Shown piece by piece: positions 1-8,470 of a stretch of 39,789 nucleotides of DNA. Every line of letters begins with the position of its first letter. Positions within the stretch are counted from its first letter, which is position 1. The notes under the pieces were generated by a model. The model searched no databases and was not told where the DNA came from. It saw nothing but the letters and a program-made list of their open reading frames with translations. Origin of the DNA: Armatimonadota bacterium (GTDB lineage: Bacteria; Armatimonadota; Abditibacteriia; CG2-30-59-28). Location: assembly GCA_016199605.1 (NCBI GenBank), contig JACQGJ010000414.1, positions 1-39,789 on the forward strand. Direction: 5' to 3'. Made by a program: the position numbers and the translations under genes.

Positions 1-576
1 CAAGGGACGACCGAAGTATTGCCATGCAAGGCCGGCGACGTTGCAGGAATCACGACCCTCTCTCGACCACCACTGCGGCGGAAGCCGTTCACCGAAGGGA
101 CACCAGTCGGGAGCGATCACGACGTAGCCACGTTGGACCGCTGCGACGGCATACTCGTAGTTGAGAGCCTCTATGGTTTTCGCGCCTTCGTCGCCCACGA
201 TCTCCCGGGTAACTCCGCAGATGTCCGCCTTACCATTGCCGTGGCCGTGCGCTGCCAGGATACCCGCCCGTCTTTCACCTTTCTTGAGACCTTTCGGCGT
301 GAGCAGGTATGCCGGTACAGTCACACCCCAAGACGAATCGAACAACACTTTTTCCCGGACGTAGTCGCCTTTGTCCACTCGCTCGACGACCTCGATGTCG
401 AGCGGCACTTTCCCCGGCCAGGGCCCGAGGCAGTTGCGATAGTGACGCGCAAAAGCCTTGCGCCATTTCTGGAAATCCTCCTCAGTCGTACCGTCGAACG
501 CACAATCCGGTTTCCAGTTCTTGCACCAATACTGAAGGACATCATACAAATCAACGTTGCGTTTTCGCGCGGGCAT
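1..576 (-). CDS. alpha/beta-hydrolase-fold protein (acetyl-xylan-esterase / dienelactone-hydrolase-like), N-terminal 192 codons; 3' end lies beyond the window start
   Basis: Absent from the ORF track because it has no stop in the window. My minus-strand translation from ATG 576..574 (GGAG 6 nt upstream) reads MPARKRNVDLYDVLQYWCKNW...VPAYLLTPKGLKKGERRAGILAAHGHGNGKADICG...GYVVIAPDW and stays open to nt 1. Plus-strand ORF 19..708 is its antisense shadow. Confidence 0.55.
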   Translation of the reverse strand, partial: MPARKRNVDLYDVLQYWCKNWKPDCAFDGTTEEDFQKWRKAFARHYRNCLGPWPGKVPLDIEVVERVDKGDYVREKVLFDSSWGVTVPAYLLTPKGLKKGERRAGILAAHGHGNGKADICGVTREIVGDEGAKTIEALNYEYAVAAVQRGYVVIAPDWCPFGERLPPQWWSREGRDSCNVAGLAWQYFGRPL

Positions 577-784
577 CCATGTCTCCTTTCGAGGGTCACT
601 TATGATCACAGCGCCGTCTCACAGCCACGACATGAGGCACAGGTCCGCTATGTCCCCGGTAGTGTAAAGGAATCTTGGGAGAACTGTCAAACACAGGGTC
701 AAAGTTGAGCTTTAGACCTTCGTGCTCGTTCGGGAGGTAGCACGTTCCCCGGACCAAGTCAGCAATCGGAGTTCCACTCTCTCG

Positions 785-2242
785 CTATCTCGCTCCTCCG
801 ACCTTCACCTTCGTGAATCTCGCGGGCGCGGCGCCGTGGGTCATCTGCGAGATCTGCATCGGGTCGCCCTTGCCGCAGTTGAGGACGCCGTTGGGAATCC
901 AGAAGCGTTCGTCGCAGATCGCGTCACACGAGTTCCAGAACTCGGGGGTGAGGCTCTGGTAGGTGACGTTCTTCAGCATCCCCACGATCTTTCCGGCCTT
1001 GATCTCCCAGAACGCGTCGCCGCCGAACTGGAAGTTGCACCGCATCTGGTCGATGCTGAAACTGCCCATGCCTTCGATGTAAATGCCGTCGTCGGTGTCG
1101 GAGATCAACTCGTCGAGACTCAACGGTCTCGGCCCAGGCGCAAGCGACAGGTTCGGAATGCGCACGATCGGGATTGAGCTCCAGTGATCGGCACGGCATC
1201 CGCCAACGCTACGGTCGAGGTCGATGGCGCCAGCGACTTCGCGTGAGGTCGAATAGCCGCGGAAGACCCCGCCTTCAACGATGTGCCACCGCTGTCCTTC
1301 CACTCCGTCGTCATCGAATCCCCATGTCGCCAGCCCGTGCGGCAAGGTGTTGTCGGCAATGAAGTTGACCTTCTCCCCGCCGTATTGGAGGTGGTTGAGC
1401 TTTTCGGGTGTCGCGAACGAACGACCCGCGAGCGACTCCTCCATGCCCAGCGCACGGTCGAGTTCGGTGGCGTGACCGACCGATTCATGAATGGTCAAAG
1501 CGAGGTTGTGCGGGTCGAGGATCAGGTCCTTGAATCCCACCGGCGATTCCTTCGCATGCAGCTTGGCGACAGCCTGCTCGGCGACGCGGTCCACGTTCTC
1601 CAGCAGGTCCTGCTCGTTGATGTTTTCGTAACCCATCGCCCGGGGTGGTGGTTCGTAGGTGCGCGACTGGGCGTCGCCGTCGCCGACGGCCGTCGCCCGG
1701 TACACCGCGCCCGTGGTGAAAACCTCGCTCGACAACTCCGATCCTTCGCTGCTGACGAACAGCCGCTCGTCCTTGCGCAGCGTGAGATTCGAGAAGGCTT
1801 TCGTGATTCCGGAATGCCGGAGCAGTCCACGGTTGATCTCCAACAGCAGCCCGACTTTCCGGTCGATCGGTACCGCAAACGGATCGACCTCATACGCCGG
1901 GCGAAACGCAGACTGCCGCGGCGGCTCGGGCACGAGGCGGACCGGCTCACGCATGGTGGTCGCCGACGCCCTCGCGATATCGACCGCCTGCCGGGCGACC
2001 CGCTCGACCTCGTCCCTGGTCAGTCGCCCCGATCCGGCAAATCCCCACGCGCCGTCGACGATGACGCGCACTCCCAGGCCGATGTCCTCGGAGTCACGGA
2101 TTCCGCTGACGCGCTCGTCTTCGCAGTTGAGGTTCTGGCGAAGGTAACGGGCGACCCGAACGTCGGCATATTGTTGTGCGCCGTAATGTTGCGCCACGTT
2201 GAGGGCGTGACGGGCAAGGTCAAGCAAAGATGTGTCGTGCAT
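785..2242 (-). CDS. tldD: TldD/PmbA-family metalloprotease (TldD-like)
   Basis: 485-aa ORF. Full-length resemblance to TldD, including the HESVGHATELDR (HExxxH) metal site and a C-terminal FQFGGDAF..NGVLNCGKG region. Confidence 0.88.
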   Translation of the reverse strand: MHDTSLLDLARHALNVAQHYGAQQYADVRVARYLRQNLNCEDERVSGIRDSEDIGLGVRVIVDGAWGFAGSGRLTRDEVERVARQAVDIARASATTMREPVRLVPEPPRQSAFRPAYEVDPFAVPIDRKVGLLLEINRGLLRHSGITKAFSNLTLRKDERLFVSSEGSELSSEVFTTGAVYRATAVGDGDAQSRTYEPPPRAMGYENINEQDLLENVDRVAEQAVAKLHAKESPVGFKDLILDPHNLALTIHESVGHATELDRALGMEESLAGRSFATPEKLNHLQYGGEKVNFIADNTLPHGLATWGFDDDGVEGQRWHIVEGGVFRGYSTSREVAGAIDLDRSVGGCRADHWSSIPIVRIPNLSLAPGPRPLSLDELISDTDDGIYIEGMGSFSIDQMRCNFQFGGDAFWEIKAGKIVGMLKNVTYQSLTPEFWNSCDAICDERFWIPNGVLNCGKGDPMQISQMTHGAAPARFTKVKVGGAR

Positions 2243-2267
2243 ACTTGTGCCTCCAGCGAATCCGATC

Positions 2268-4451
2268 CTATTTCGTTGTCTTCGATTTCCTATCCCAATC
2301 CAACTGCTCCCAGATGAATCCTGTCGGCGGGTCGGTGGCGAAGGAGGAATTCAACCTCAACGACTCGGCATGATACTTCCAAGCTTCGTCTCTCCTCCCC
2401 AATCTCTCCAGCACCTTCGCCATTTCCCAGTTCAGCAGGTCCGTGCTGTCGCAATTCGGCAGAGCGTCCACCGATTCGTCCTCCAGCCCGATGCGTCGAT
2501 AGCGGACGCGCATCTGGTATCCTGGATACTTCCCTAACTTCGGCGCATTCAGTCCCGTCTCCAAATCGGCCCGCGCTTGGTCCCATTCGCCGCGCGTCTC
2601 GTGAATCTGCGCGAGGAAGAGCCATGTGACCGGAGGCTTGCGGGCAAGTTTGGTGGCTATGGTGATGAGTTCTTTCTCGGCCCTTTTCGCATCTCCTGCT
2701 GCAAGGCGCGTCACTGCTTTCGAGAGTCTGTACGTCGGTAAGGATGGATCCAGGCGAATGCAATCGTCGAAATCGGATGCCAGCCATTTACTGGAGGGGA
2801 GTCGGCGGAACCGGAGCCAGGCGGCGTTATTCCGGACCAAGGCGTCCTCACCGTTGTATCGCAGTGGTCTCTCCTTGTCGGAGAATAGCCAGCCGCCCCT
2901 CCTGCAAAGCGAGTCGAGGGTGGTGTAGTAGGGACTGAAGTCTTGATCCAGTTCGATGGTTTCGTTCAATCCTTGCAGTGACCGGGTTTGCATCGCGTGG
3001 TCGAATTTGAGGTGCGCCTTCGACCAGGGAGCGGTGTAATAGGAGTAAACGGCAACGCCTGCCAACAGCAGAAAGACCGGGGGGACAAGCTCGCGGGCGT
3101 ATGCCCTGGACACTCTACAATCCGGGCAGCACCGCGATACCATCAATCCCAGCAACACCCAACTCGTCCCCGTGATCGCCGGGATCGCCTGCGTGGAGTT
3201 GAAGAGACTGAAAAAGAGGAACCCGACCAATGAGGCCAGCAGAGCGGTCTGCCGTCTGGCAACATGCAGGTCCTTCGAAGGATCGATGGTGCGAAAGCCC
3301 TGGAAGAAACCAACGCCCATTGTGCCGAGGAACAAGACCAGAGCGACGGCTCCTCCGTCAGCGGCATACTGGAGGAGCAGGTTGTGAGCGTGGAAGATCA
3401 GCTCACGCCCTTCATCAATCTTGATGTATCGAGGATAGATGATGGGCAGAAGCCCCGAACCCCAGCCCCACAGCGGTCGGTCCTGCCACATTGCCAGAAG
3501 CCGCTTCCACATTGCAAGGCGACCCACCGAGCCGTAGTCTGACCCGGTCAGCATCGTTCGGACTCGCTCCAGGAACCATTGGTGCGGGGAGAAGAACAAG
3601 GCCGCAAGCAACAGCGCCATCACACCGAGGAGCAGGAACTTCTGAGAGCCGAGCAACTCGACGAGACTTTTGAGCTGACCAGTAGCAAAGGAGACCGCGA
3701 GGAACGCCAACGTCGCGGCCACGACTCCCACCCAGCCACACCGCGAGTAGGTGAAGAGGATTCCGAAACAGAGAAGGAGAGCATAGAGGGAGTAGCACCG
3801 TAGCGCGAGCACGGAGGCGCGAGAGCCGGTGGGCGCTTCCATCCCTGCCAGGCTGGTCGGCAAGCAGCGTGACAGCACGAGGGGAAACAACAACACGAGG
3901 TATCCCGCGAGATCGTTGTGACTGTTCATCGTGGCGACCATGACCCGTTGTCCTGCAGGGCTGGTGTCGCGATGCGGGTCGAACAACCAGCCGGCAAACT
4001 GCATCAAGGCGAAAGTCAGAACGACGACGCCCCCGGCAAGCACCGCGGTAACGACTCGCTCGCGGTGCTCGTCAGACCGGCAGTAGAGATACGTCATCCA
4101 GGCGAGACCCAGATACCAGATCGACTGAAAGCTGACTTCGAGGCTGAAGCGAGGAAAGAACGACAACTGAGCGGAAATGACTAGCGACGCCGCAAGGAGT
4201 CCCATCAGGATGAAGACCGGGTTGCTCAGGCTTCGGTAGAACCGGGTGATTTCTTTTGTGCGGATCAGGGCGACGAGGAGTGCGATCCAGAGTATCGTCG
4301 TGACGATCTGTCCCTGGATCTTCCCAACCGCCGTCAGTGAAGTAACGAAGGTCCCTCCGCAGGTCACGAAGTAGATCATCAGAGCAGACAGGAGCGCTCC
4401 GCTGGGATCAAGGCGCTTCAATCTGCATTCAGTGGCGTGGTTCGTCGACAT
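2268..4451 (-). CDS. O-antigen-ligase (Wzy_C) family polytopic membrane protein with C-terminal TPR-like domain
   Basis: The longest ORF (840 aa, to 4790) runs through the 3' end of the upstream GT39 gene. I start it at ATG 4451 (MSTNHATECRLKRLDPSGALLSALMIYFV...). A long run of hydrophobic helices is followed by a soluble helical-repeat tail (..LNWEMAKVLERLGRRDEAWKYHAESLRLN..). The start is uncertain; an alternative ATG is at 4379. Confidence 0.7.
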   Translation of the reverse strand: MSTNHATECRLKRLDPSGALLSALMIYFVTCGGTFVTSLTAVGKIQGQIVTTILWIALLVALIRTKEITRFYRSLSNPVFILMGLLAASLVISAQLSFFPRFSLEVSFQSIWYLGLAWMTYLYCRSDEHRERVVTAVLAGGVVVLTFALMQFAGWLFDPHRDTSPAGQRVMVATMNSHNDLAGYLVLLFPLVLSRCLPTSLAGMEAPTGSRASVLALRCYSLYALLLCFGILFTYSRCGWVGVVAATLAFLAVSFATGQLKSLVELLGSQKFLLLGVMALLLAALFFSPHQWFLERVRTMLTGSDYGSVGRLAMWKRLLAMWQDRPLWGWGSGLLPIIYPRYIKIDEGRELIFHAHNLLLQYAADGGAVALVLFLGTMGVGFFQGFRTIDPSKDLHVARRQTALLASLVGFLFFSLFNSTQAIPAITGTSWVLLGLMVSRCCPDCRVSRAYARELVPPVFLLLAGVAVYSYYTAPWSKAHLKFDHAMQTRSLQGLNETIELDQDFSPYYTTLDSLCRRGGWLFSDKERPLRYNGEDALVRNNAAWLRFRRLPSSKWLASDFDDCIRLDPSLPTYRLSKAVTRLAAGDAKRAEKELITIATKLARKPPVTWLFLAQIHETRGEWDQARADLETGLNAPKLGKYPGYQMRVRYRRIGLEDESVDALPNCDSTDLLNWEMAKVLERLGRRDEAWKYHAESLRLNSSFATDPPTGFIWEQLDWDRKSKTTK

Positions 4452-6000
4452 GCGGGTTCCGGTAGAGCAGCACTTCGATCTGCGAGAAACGGTGTGTCTC
4501 CAATCGCTGAAGGTTCCTGTCGAACCACTTTCGCACGTAATCGCGCGGATCGGTGATGTAATTGTAGCACAGGACCAGCCACACTCGACCGTGTCCCGCA
4601 ACGGTACGCTCGGAATCACGAGCGACCTCCTCGGGCTTCGGCCCAACGCTGCTTGGCAGTCCGGCCCTGTTAAAGGACTGCTTGTAGTAGTGCCGGAAGG
4701 CCTGATCCTCCCAGGAGGCGTTGAACACAAGTAGGTCCTGGGGGCGCTTCGCCTCGGAGAAAAAGCGGCTGACTGCCCGCCAGTCTTCACGGGCGTAGAC
4801 GGGGTTGAAGTAGACGTTCTTCAGACAAAGCAGCCATATCGCAAGCAGCAAGGCGCCGCCCACTCCGGCGATGGGATGACGCCGTTGCTTCGCCGCGTCA
4901 ATTCCCGCGGCAAGGATCATCGCCGCCGATGGATAGGACACGGCGTAGTAACGGGACAGGTGAAATTCGGTCAGGATCGCTGCCAGAAAGCTGAAGGCAG
5001 CGGGACCGCAAAAGGACAAGAGAATCAACGAACCTGCCATCGACCGATCACCGTTCTTCGTCCCCAAGACCGATCTGCCTGCAAGAGATCGGGCCCCCGA
5101 CCACCAGAAGCACATCGCTATGAGAGAACCGACGAAGACCGTCATCACCAGCACACCCACATTCTCGCGGAAGAGTCCCTGGAAATACCCGAAGTTGAAG
5201 TCGAGGAACATGGCCACTACGCTGTTCACGGCCTTCATCATTGAACCGCCTGACGCGCGATTGCCCAGATGATGGCCGAGCATCAGCATCCCAATGATCC
5301 ACGGAAGGCAGAGCAGCAGCACTCCGACCTGCGAGAGAACCCACCGTCCGAAGGTTCGCGGCGTCTGGCGACATTCCAGCAACGCCCAAACCCCGTGAGC
5401 AGCGACCAGTCCGAGCGCCATGTAGTGAGTCATCAGCGAAAGGAACGTGGCGATGACGTATCCGGACCACACCGTCGTTTTACCGGTGGTAGCCGCGCGA
5501 TGAAGGAGGAGTGTAGACAGTAGCGTGAGCACTTCCAGCATGGCGTACATTCGCGTCTCCTGCGAATAGAAGACCTGATAGGGAGACAGGAGCGTGATCA
5601 CGGCCGTGATCCATGCCGCTCGACGTCCGAGGAGTGCGTCCGCTGTGATGAACATGAGGAGGACCAAGATGACACCGAAGACTGCAGAGGGCAGGCGCGC
5701 CCAGCATTCGGTGGAAATCCCCGGAAAGGCGGCGCTGAGCTTCAATAGTGGATGGAGGAGGACGTAGTAGGACGGCGGATGCACCGCGTCGTATAGAGCT
5801 TTCGCGATCAGGACTCCGATGGGTTTCTCTGCGACCCGCAGGGAAAACACCTCATCGAACCAGAAGCTCTGGTAACCGAGGCGGTAGAAACGAGTGAGCG
5901 TTGCCGCAACTCCCAGCAAGAGGAGCGGAGCCACGAGGCGCTTTTGCGAGGGAGCCTTCACTGTTTCATCGTGCGAATTCAAGGGCGGACACCACGGCAT
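4429..6000 (-). CDS. GT-C fold glycosyltransferase, family 39/ArnT-PMT-like (undecaprenyl/dolichyl-phosphate-sugar dependent)
   Basis: 523-aa polytopic membrane protein with the first-loop acidic motif (YQSFWFDEVFSLRVA) typical of ArnT/PMT-type GT-C enzymes. It overlaps the GT9 stop by 35 nt. An alternative GTG at 5961 lies 4 nt after that stop. Confidence 0.78.
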   Translation of the reverse strand: MPWCPPLNSHDETVKAPSQKRLVAPLLLLGVAATLTRFYRLGYQSFWFDEVFSLRVAEKPIGVLIAKALYDAVHPPSYYVLLHPLLKLSAAFPGISTECWARLPSAVFGVILVLLMFITADALLGRRAAWITAVITLLSPYQVFYSQETRMYAMLEVLTLLSTLLLHRAATTGKTTVWSGYVIATFLSLMTHYMALGLVAAHGVWALLECRQTPRTFGRWVLSQVGVLLLCLPWIIGMLMLGHHLGNRASGGSMMKAVNSVVAMFLDFNFGYFQGLFRENVGVLVMTVFVGSLIAMCFWWSGARSLAGRSVLGTKNGDRSMAGSLILLSFCGPAAFSFLAAILTEFHLSRYYAVSYPSAAMILAAGIDAAKQRRHPIAGVGGALLLAIWLLCLKNVYFNPVYAREDWRAVSRFFSEAKRPQDLLVFNASWEDQAFRHYYKQSFNRAGLPSSVGPKPEEVARDSERTVAGHGRVWLVLCYNYITDPRDYVRKWFDRNLQRLETHRFSQIEVLLYRNPHVDEPRH

Positions 6001-7138
6001 CGAATACCCGGCTGACAGAGATCATCCTCATGCACGGATGGGTCGTGCAGCCATAATCGAACCCCAGTTCCAGACACGGGCTGCAGGCGATGGGGCTTTG
6101 GACCACAGTATGTCTGTTGCCGACCGGCCCCCATTTGTTCGGATTCGTTGGTCCATGAAGGGCGACTGTCGGCGTTCCTGCGGCCGCGGCGATGTGCATC
6201 GCGCCGGTGTTGCCACAGACGAGGAGATCGCATCTTTGCAGCAACGCCACAAACTGAGTGAAGGAAAAAGATCCCACAAGATTCAGGCAAGGCTTGTCGA
6301 GCTTTACCGCGATTCGATCGACGAGATTCTTCTCTCCCGGACTTCCGGTCAGCATGATCCTCAAGTGGCTGTATCGGTGAGTCAGGCGATTGGCAAGCTC
6401 TGCATAGAGCTCGACCGGCCACTGGCGCGGCTTGCCCGAGCCTCCGCAGCCTGGGTGAATGGCGACGAGGAGCTGTGACATCTCTGAAGGTTTTGCTGGC
6501 TCCTGGTCCCGGCCAAGCAGTTCTGCGGCCAGGAGAGCGTCCCTCGCGGGGATCCATAGCTCCAAGCGGCGAACTCCGCGCGGCGCTCCCGCAAGGTCCA
6601 CCAAGTCCAGGAAGTTATCGACCTCATGGCGATTCCTCGGGGGACGGGTCGTCCGCGTGTAGCAGAACCGGCGATGCTGATCGCGAGGATCGAAGCCGAT
6701 TCTGTGTCTTGCTCCCGTGGCAAAGGTAAGAAGCGCGGTGATTCGCATCCACTGGTCGAAGTCGATGACTAGGTCGAAACTCCGTTTACGCAAGTCCGTC
6801 ACAAACCGCAGGAAATGGGCAGGGCGTTTCAGATAGCCCTGGAGGTCAAGGCGAAGGATCGTGTCAAAGAAAGGGAACGTCCGAACCGTGTCGTAAGTGA
6901 CCGAACTGCAAAGCAAGGTGAATTCTGCTCGCGGGAAATGGTTGCGCAGCGAGCGCCACGCCGGAACAGCCAGGACAGAATCACCAACGGCTGACAGTTT
7001 GATGAGCAGGATCCTGGACAGGTCTGCCGGGACTGGGGCGATGTCCGGCGCCCGTCTGACTTGAGAGAGCCCAACCAGATAACAGAGCGGGATCCCCAGA
7101 TGCCGATCGATGACTTTCAGGTAGGGGTTGTCCCGCAT
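5966..7138 (-). CDS. glycosyltransferase family 9 (ADP-heptose:LPS heptosyltransferase-like)
   Basis: 390 aa. Carries ILLIKLSAVGDSVLAVPAWRSL near the N-terminus and VCGNTGAMHIAAAAGTPTVALHGPTNPNKWGP near the C-terminus, the classic GT9 signatures. Confidence 0.85.
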   Translation of the reverse strand: MRDNPYLKVIDRHLGIPLCYLVGLSQVRRAPDIAPVPADLSRILLIKLSAVGDSVLAVPAWRSLRNHFPRAEFTLLCSSVTYDTVRTFPFFDTILRLDLQGYLKRPAHFLRFVTDLRKRSFDLVIDFDQWMRITALLTFATGARHRIGFDPRDQHRRFCYTRTTRPPRNRHEVDNFLDLVDLAGAPRGVRRLELWIPARDALLAAELLGRDQEPAKPSEMSQLLVAIHPGCGGSGKPRQWPVELYAELANRLTHRYSHLRIMLTGSPGEKNLVDRIAVKLDKPCLNLVGSFSFTQFVALLQRCDLLVCGNTGAMHIAAAAGTPTVALHGPTNPNKWGPVGNRHTVVQSPIACSPCLELGFDYGCTTHPCMRMISVSRVFDAVVSALEFAR

Positions 7139-7144
7139 GGGCGA

Positions 7145-7906
7145 TTAGCGACCCCAACGATGCGACCCTCGCGAGACGGATCGGGTTCGCGTCAGCATGT
7201 CGGCTGAGAAGCTTGGCGGGGGCGTGGGGATCCCTGCGGCGGGGGGGGCGCCGGGGCTTTGCTGTGTTTCCGTGGCTTTGCCCGCCTTGTCCTGAATCAC
7301 CGGCTTATCCTGTTTGTTCGCGCCCAAGGCGAGGGACAACATACCCGTCGGCCCACGCAGAGCGACCTGGTCTCCGGTGATCGCCAGTAGTGTGTAGCCG
7401 AAGGCCTGTTCCCCCACTTTGACCAGCGAGGAGTCTCCTTGCACGGTTTGCTCGAGCAGAACATAAGGCGTCTTGTTGATATGCACAACCCCCGTGGCTG
7501 CAATGCCCGGGGAGGCTCCACCTTGCCCCATGGGGCCGAACGAAGGCCCGAACCTCGCGCCGCCAAAAGGAGGAATCGACGGGAAACCACCTTTGGGTGG
7601 GGCGGGCAAGTTGGGCTTCGCCCCTTTCCCCGCAGAGCCTTCCTTGCTTGACTCGCCTTGAGAAGGCGGGGTAAAAAGATTGCGTCGCGCAACGATCAAG
7701 TAATCGTCGCTGCTTCTTATTCCCGGTTTGTCGGGGGCACCAGACCCGGGCTTCAAGCCTGACGTTGACGAAGGCCGACCTCTCGGTCCTTCCCCTTTCT
7801 GCATCTTGATGTAAGTGACGGAGAAAGCAGCCAGAGCGACGACAAACAGGCCAAGGATGATCGTGGCTTCTCTCTTTCCTATTTCCTTACGGGTTCCATT
7901 GGACAC
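7145..7906 (-). CDS. PilP-like pilus-assembly protein (single N-terminal TM, Pro/Gly-rich linker, C-terminal beta domain)
   Basis: GTG start with GGGAGAGGA 7 nt upstream. TM segment ATIILGLFVVALAAFSV, low-complexity P/G/S linker, and C-terminal VVHINKTPYVLLEQTV..VKVGEQAFGYTLLAITGDQVALRG. It sits directly after the PilM/N and PilO-like genes. The assignment rests mostly on position. Confidence 0.4.
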   Translation of the reverse strand: MSNGTRKEIGKREATIILGLFVVALAAFSVTYIKMQKGEGPRGRPSSTSGLKPGSGAPDKPGIRSSDDYLIVARRNLFTPPSQGESSKEGSAGKGAKPNLPAPPKGGFPSIPPFGGARFGPSFGPMGQGGASPGIAATGVVHINKTPYVLLEQTVQGDSSLVKVGEQAFGYTLLAITGDQVALRGPTGMLSLALGANKQDKPVIQDKAGKATETQQSPGAPPAAGIPTPPPSFSADMLTRTRSVSRGSHRWGR

Positions 7907-7924
7907 GACGTATTCCTCTCCCTC

Positions 7925-8464
7925 TTACTTGGAGCTGAAGGATGACACGATGATCTCTGAGGTGATCTCTGAAGCAGTCGCCGCGGTCTCCGGGCCTGCA
8001 TTGCTGCGCAAGCTGAAGTACTCGACATTGAGCGCTCCCTTCAGCCCGTTGATCCGAAGCAGCAGATCCGTGAGGCCCTCAAGGCTTCCGACGACCGCAA
8101 CGCGTATAGGGTGACGGGTGCAGCCCTTCTCTATGCGGGTTGTCATGGGCTGGGCTGACTCCAGTCTGAGGTCGCATTTCCTGCACAGCCCGGTGATCGT
8201 TTTGACGGCAAAGGCCGTATGCTCAACCGATGAAGAGGCCGTCCACAACCCGCCCAGAAGTTTGAGTGTGTCGCTCTCCGCGGACTCTTGCCGACGGACC
8301 TGCTCCCTCCGCAGGTGACTCAGTTCTCTCTGTTTCTCGACCAGCCGGTGTTGGACCTCGTTCCATCGAGACCACAGCGGGTCCACTATTCCCCGGTAGG
8401 CCCCGGCGATAACGATCGACACAACCAACACGAGAACGATCCGACTCCGCGACTGTTCCTTCAT
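7925..8464 (-). CDS. PilO-like pilus-assembly protein
   Basis: 179 aa. N-terminal TM (RIVLVLVVSIVIAGAY), a coiled-coil-like segment (WNEVQHRLVEKQRELSHLRREQ), then a small alpha/beta domain. There is a 6-nt gap after the PilM/N gene. Confidence 0.5.
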   Translation of the reverse strand: MKEQSRSRIVLVLVVSIVIAGAYRGIVDPLWSRWNEVQHRLVEKQRELSHLRREQVRRQESAESDTLKLLGGLWTASSSVEHTAFAVKTITGLCRKCDLRLESAQPMTTRIEKGCTRHPIRVAVVGSLEGLTDLLLRINGLKGALNVEYFSLRSNAGPETAATASEITSEIIVSSFSSK

Positions 8465-8470
8465 TCTACC

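Noticed and set aside
19-708. 229-aa plus-strand ORF at the left edge
   Set aside because: It is antisense to a better-supported minus-strand hydrolase-like frame (SD plus ATG at 576, open to nt 1). The translation is Arg/Pro/Ser-rich and family-less, typical of a GC-rich shadow ORF.
785-2242. TldD without an adjacent PmbA/TldE partner, as a possible anomaly
   Set aside because: The two genes are frequently unlinked in bacterial genomes, so absence from a 40-kb window is not informative.
4452-4790. N-terminal 113 codons of the 840-aa longest ORF, with similar extensions at 16352..16456, 19737..19892 and 23036..23152
   Set aside because: These extensions overlap the upstream gene or lack an SD, and their translations are Arg/Pro/Ser-rich junk. 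Internal ATGs with good SD sites or sensible N-termini were preferred.
7241-7248. G8 (C8 on the coding strand) homopolymer inside the PilP-like gene as a possible phase-variation tract
   Set aside because: It encodes part of a Pro-rich tail (GAPPAAG) about 33 codons from the stop. Short poly-G/C runs are expected by chance in GC-rich Pro/Gly-coding sequence, and a slip would alter only the tail.
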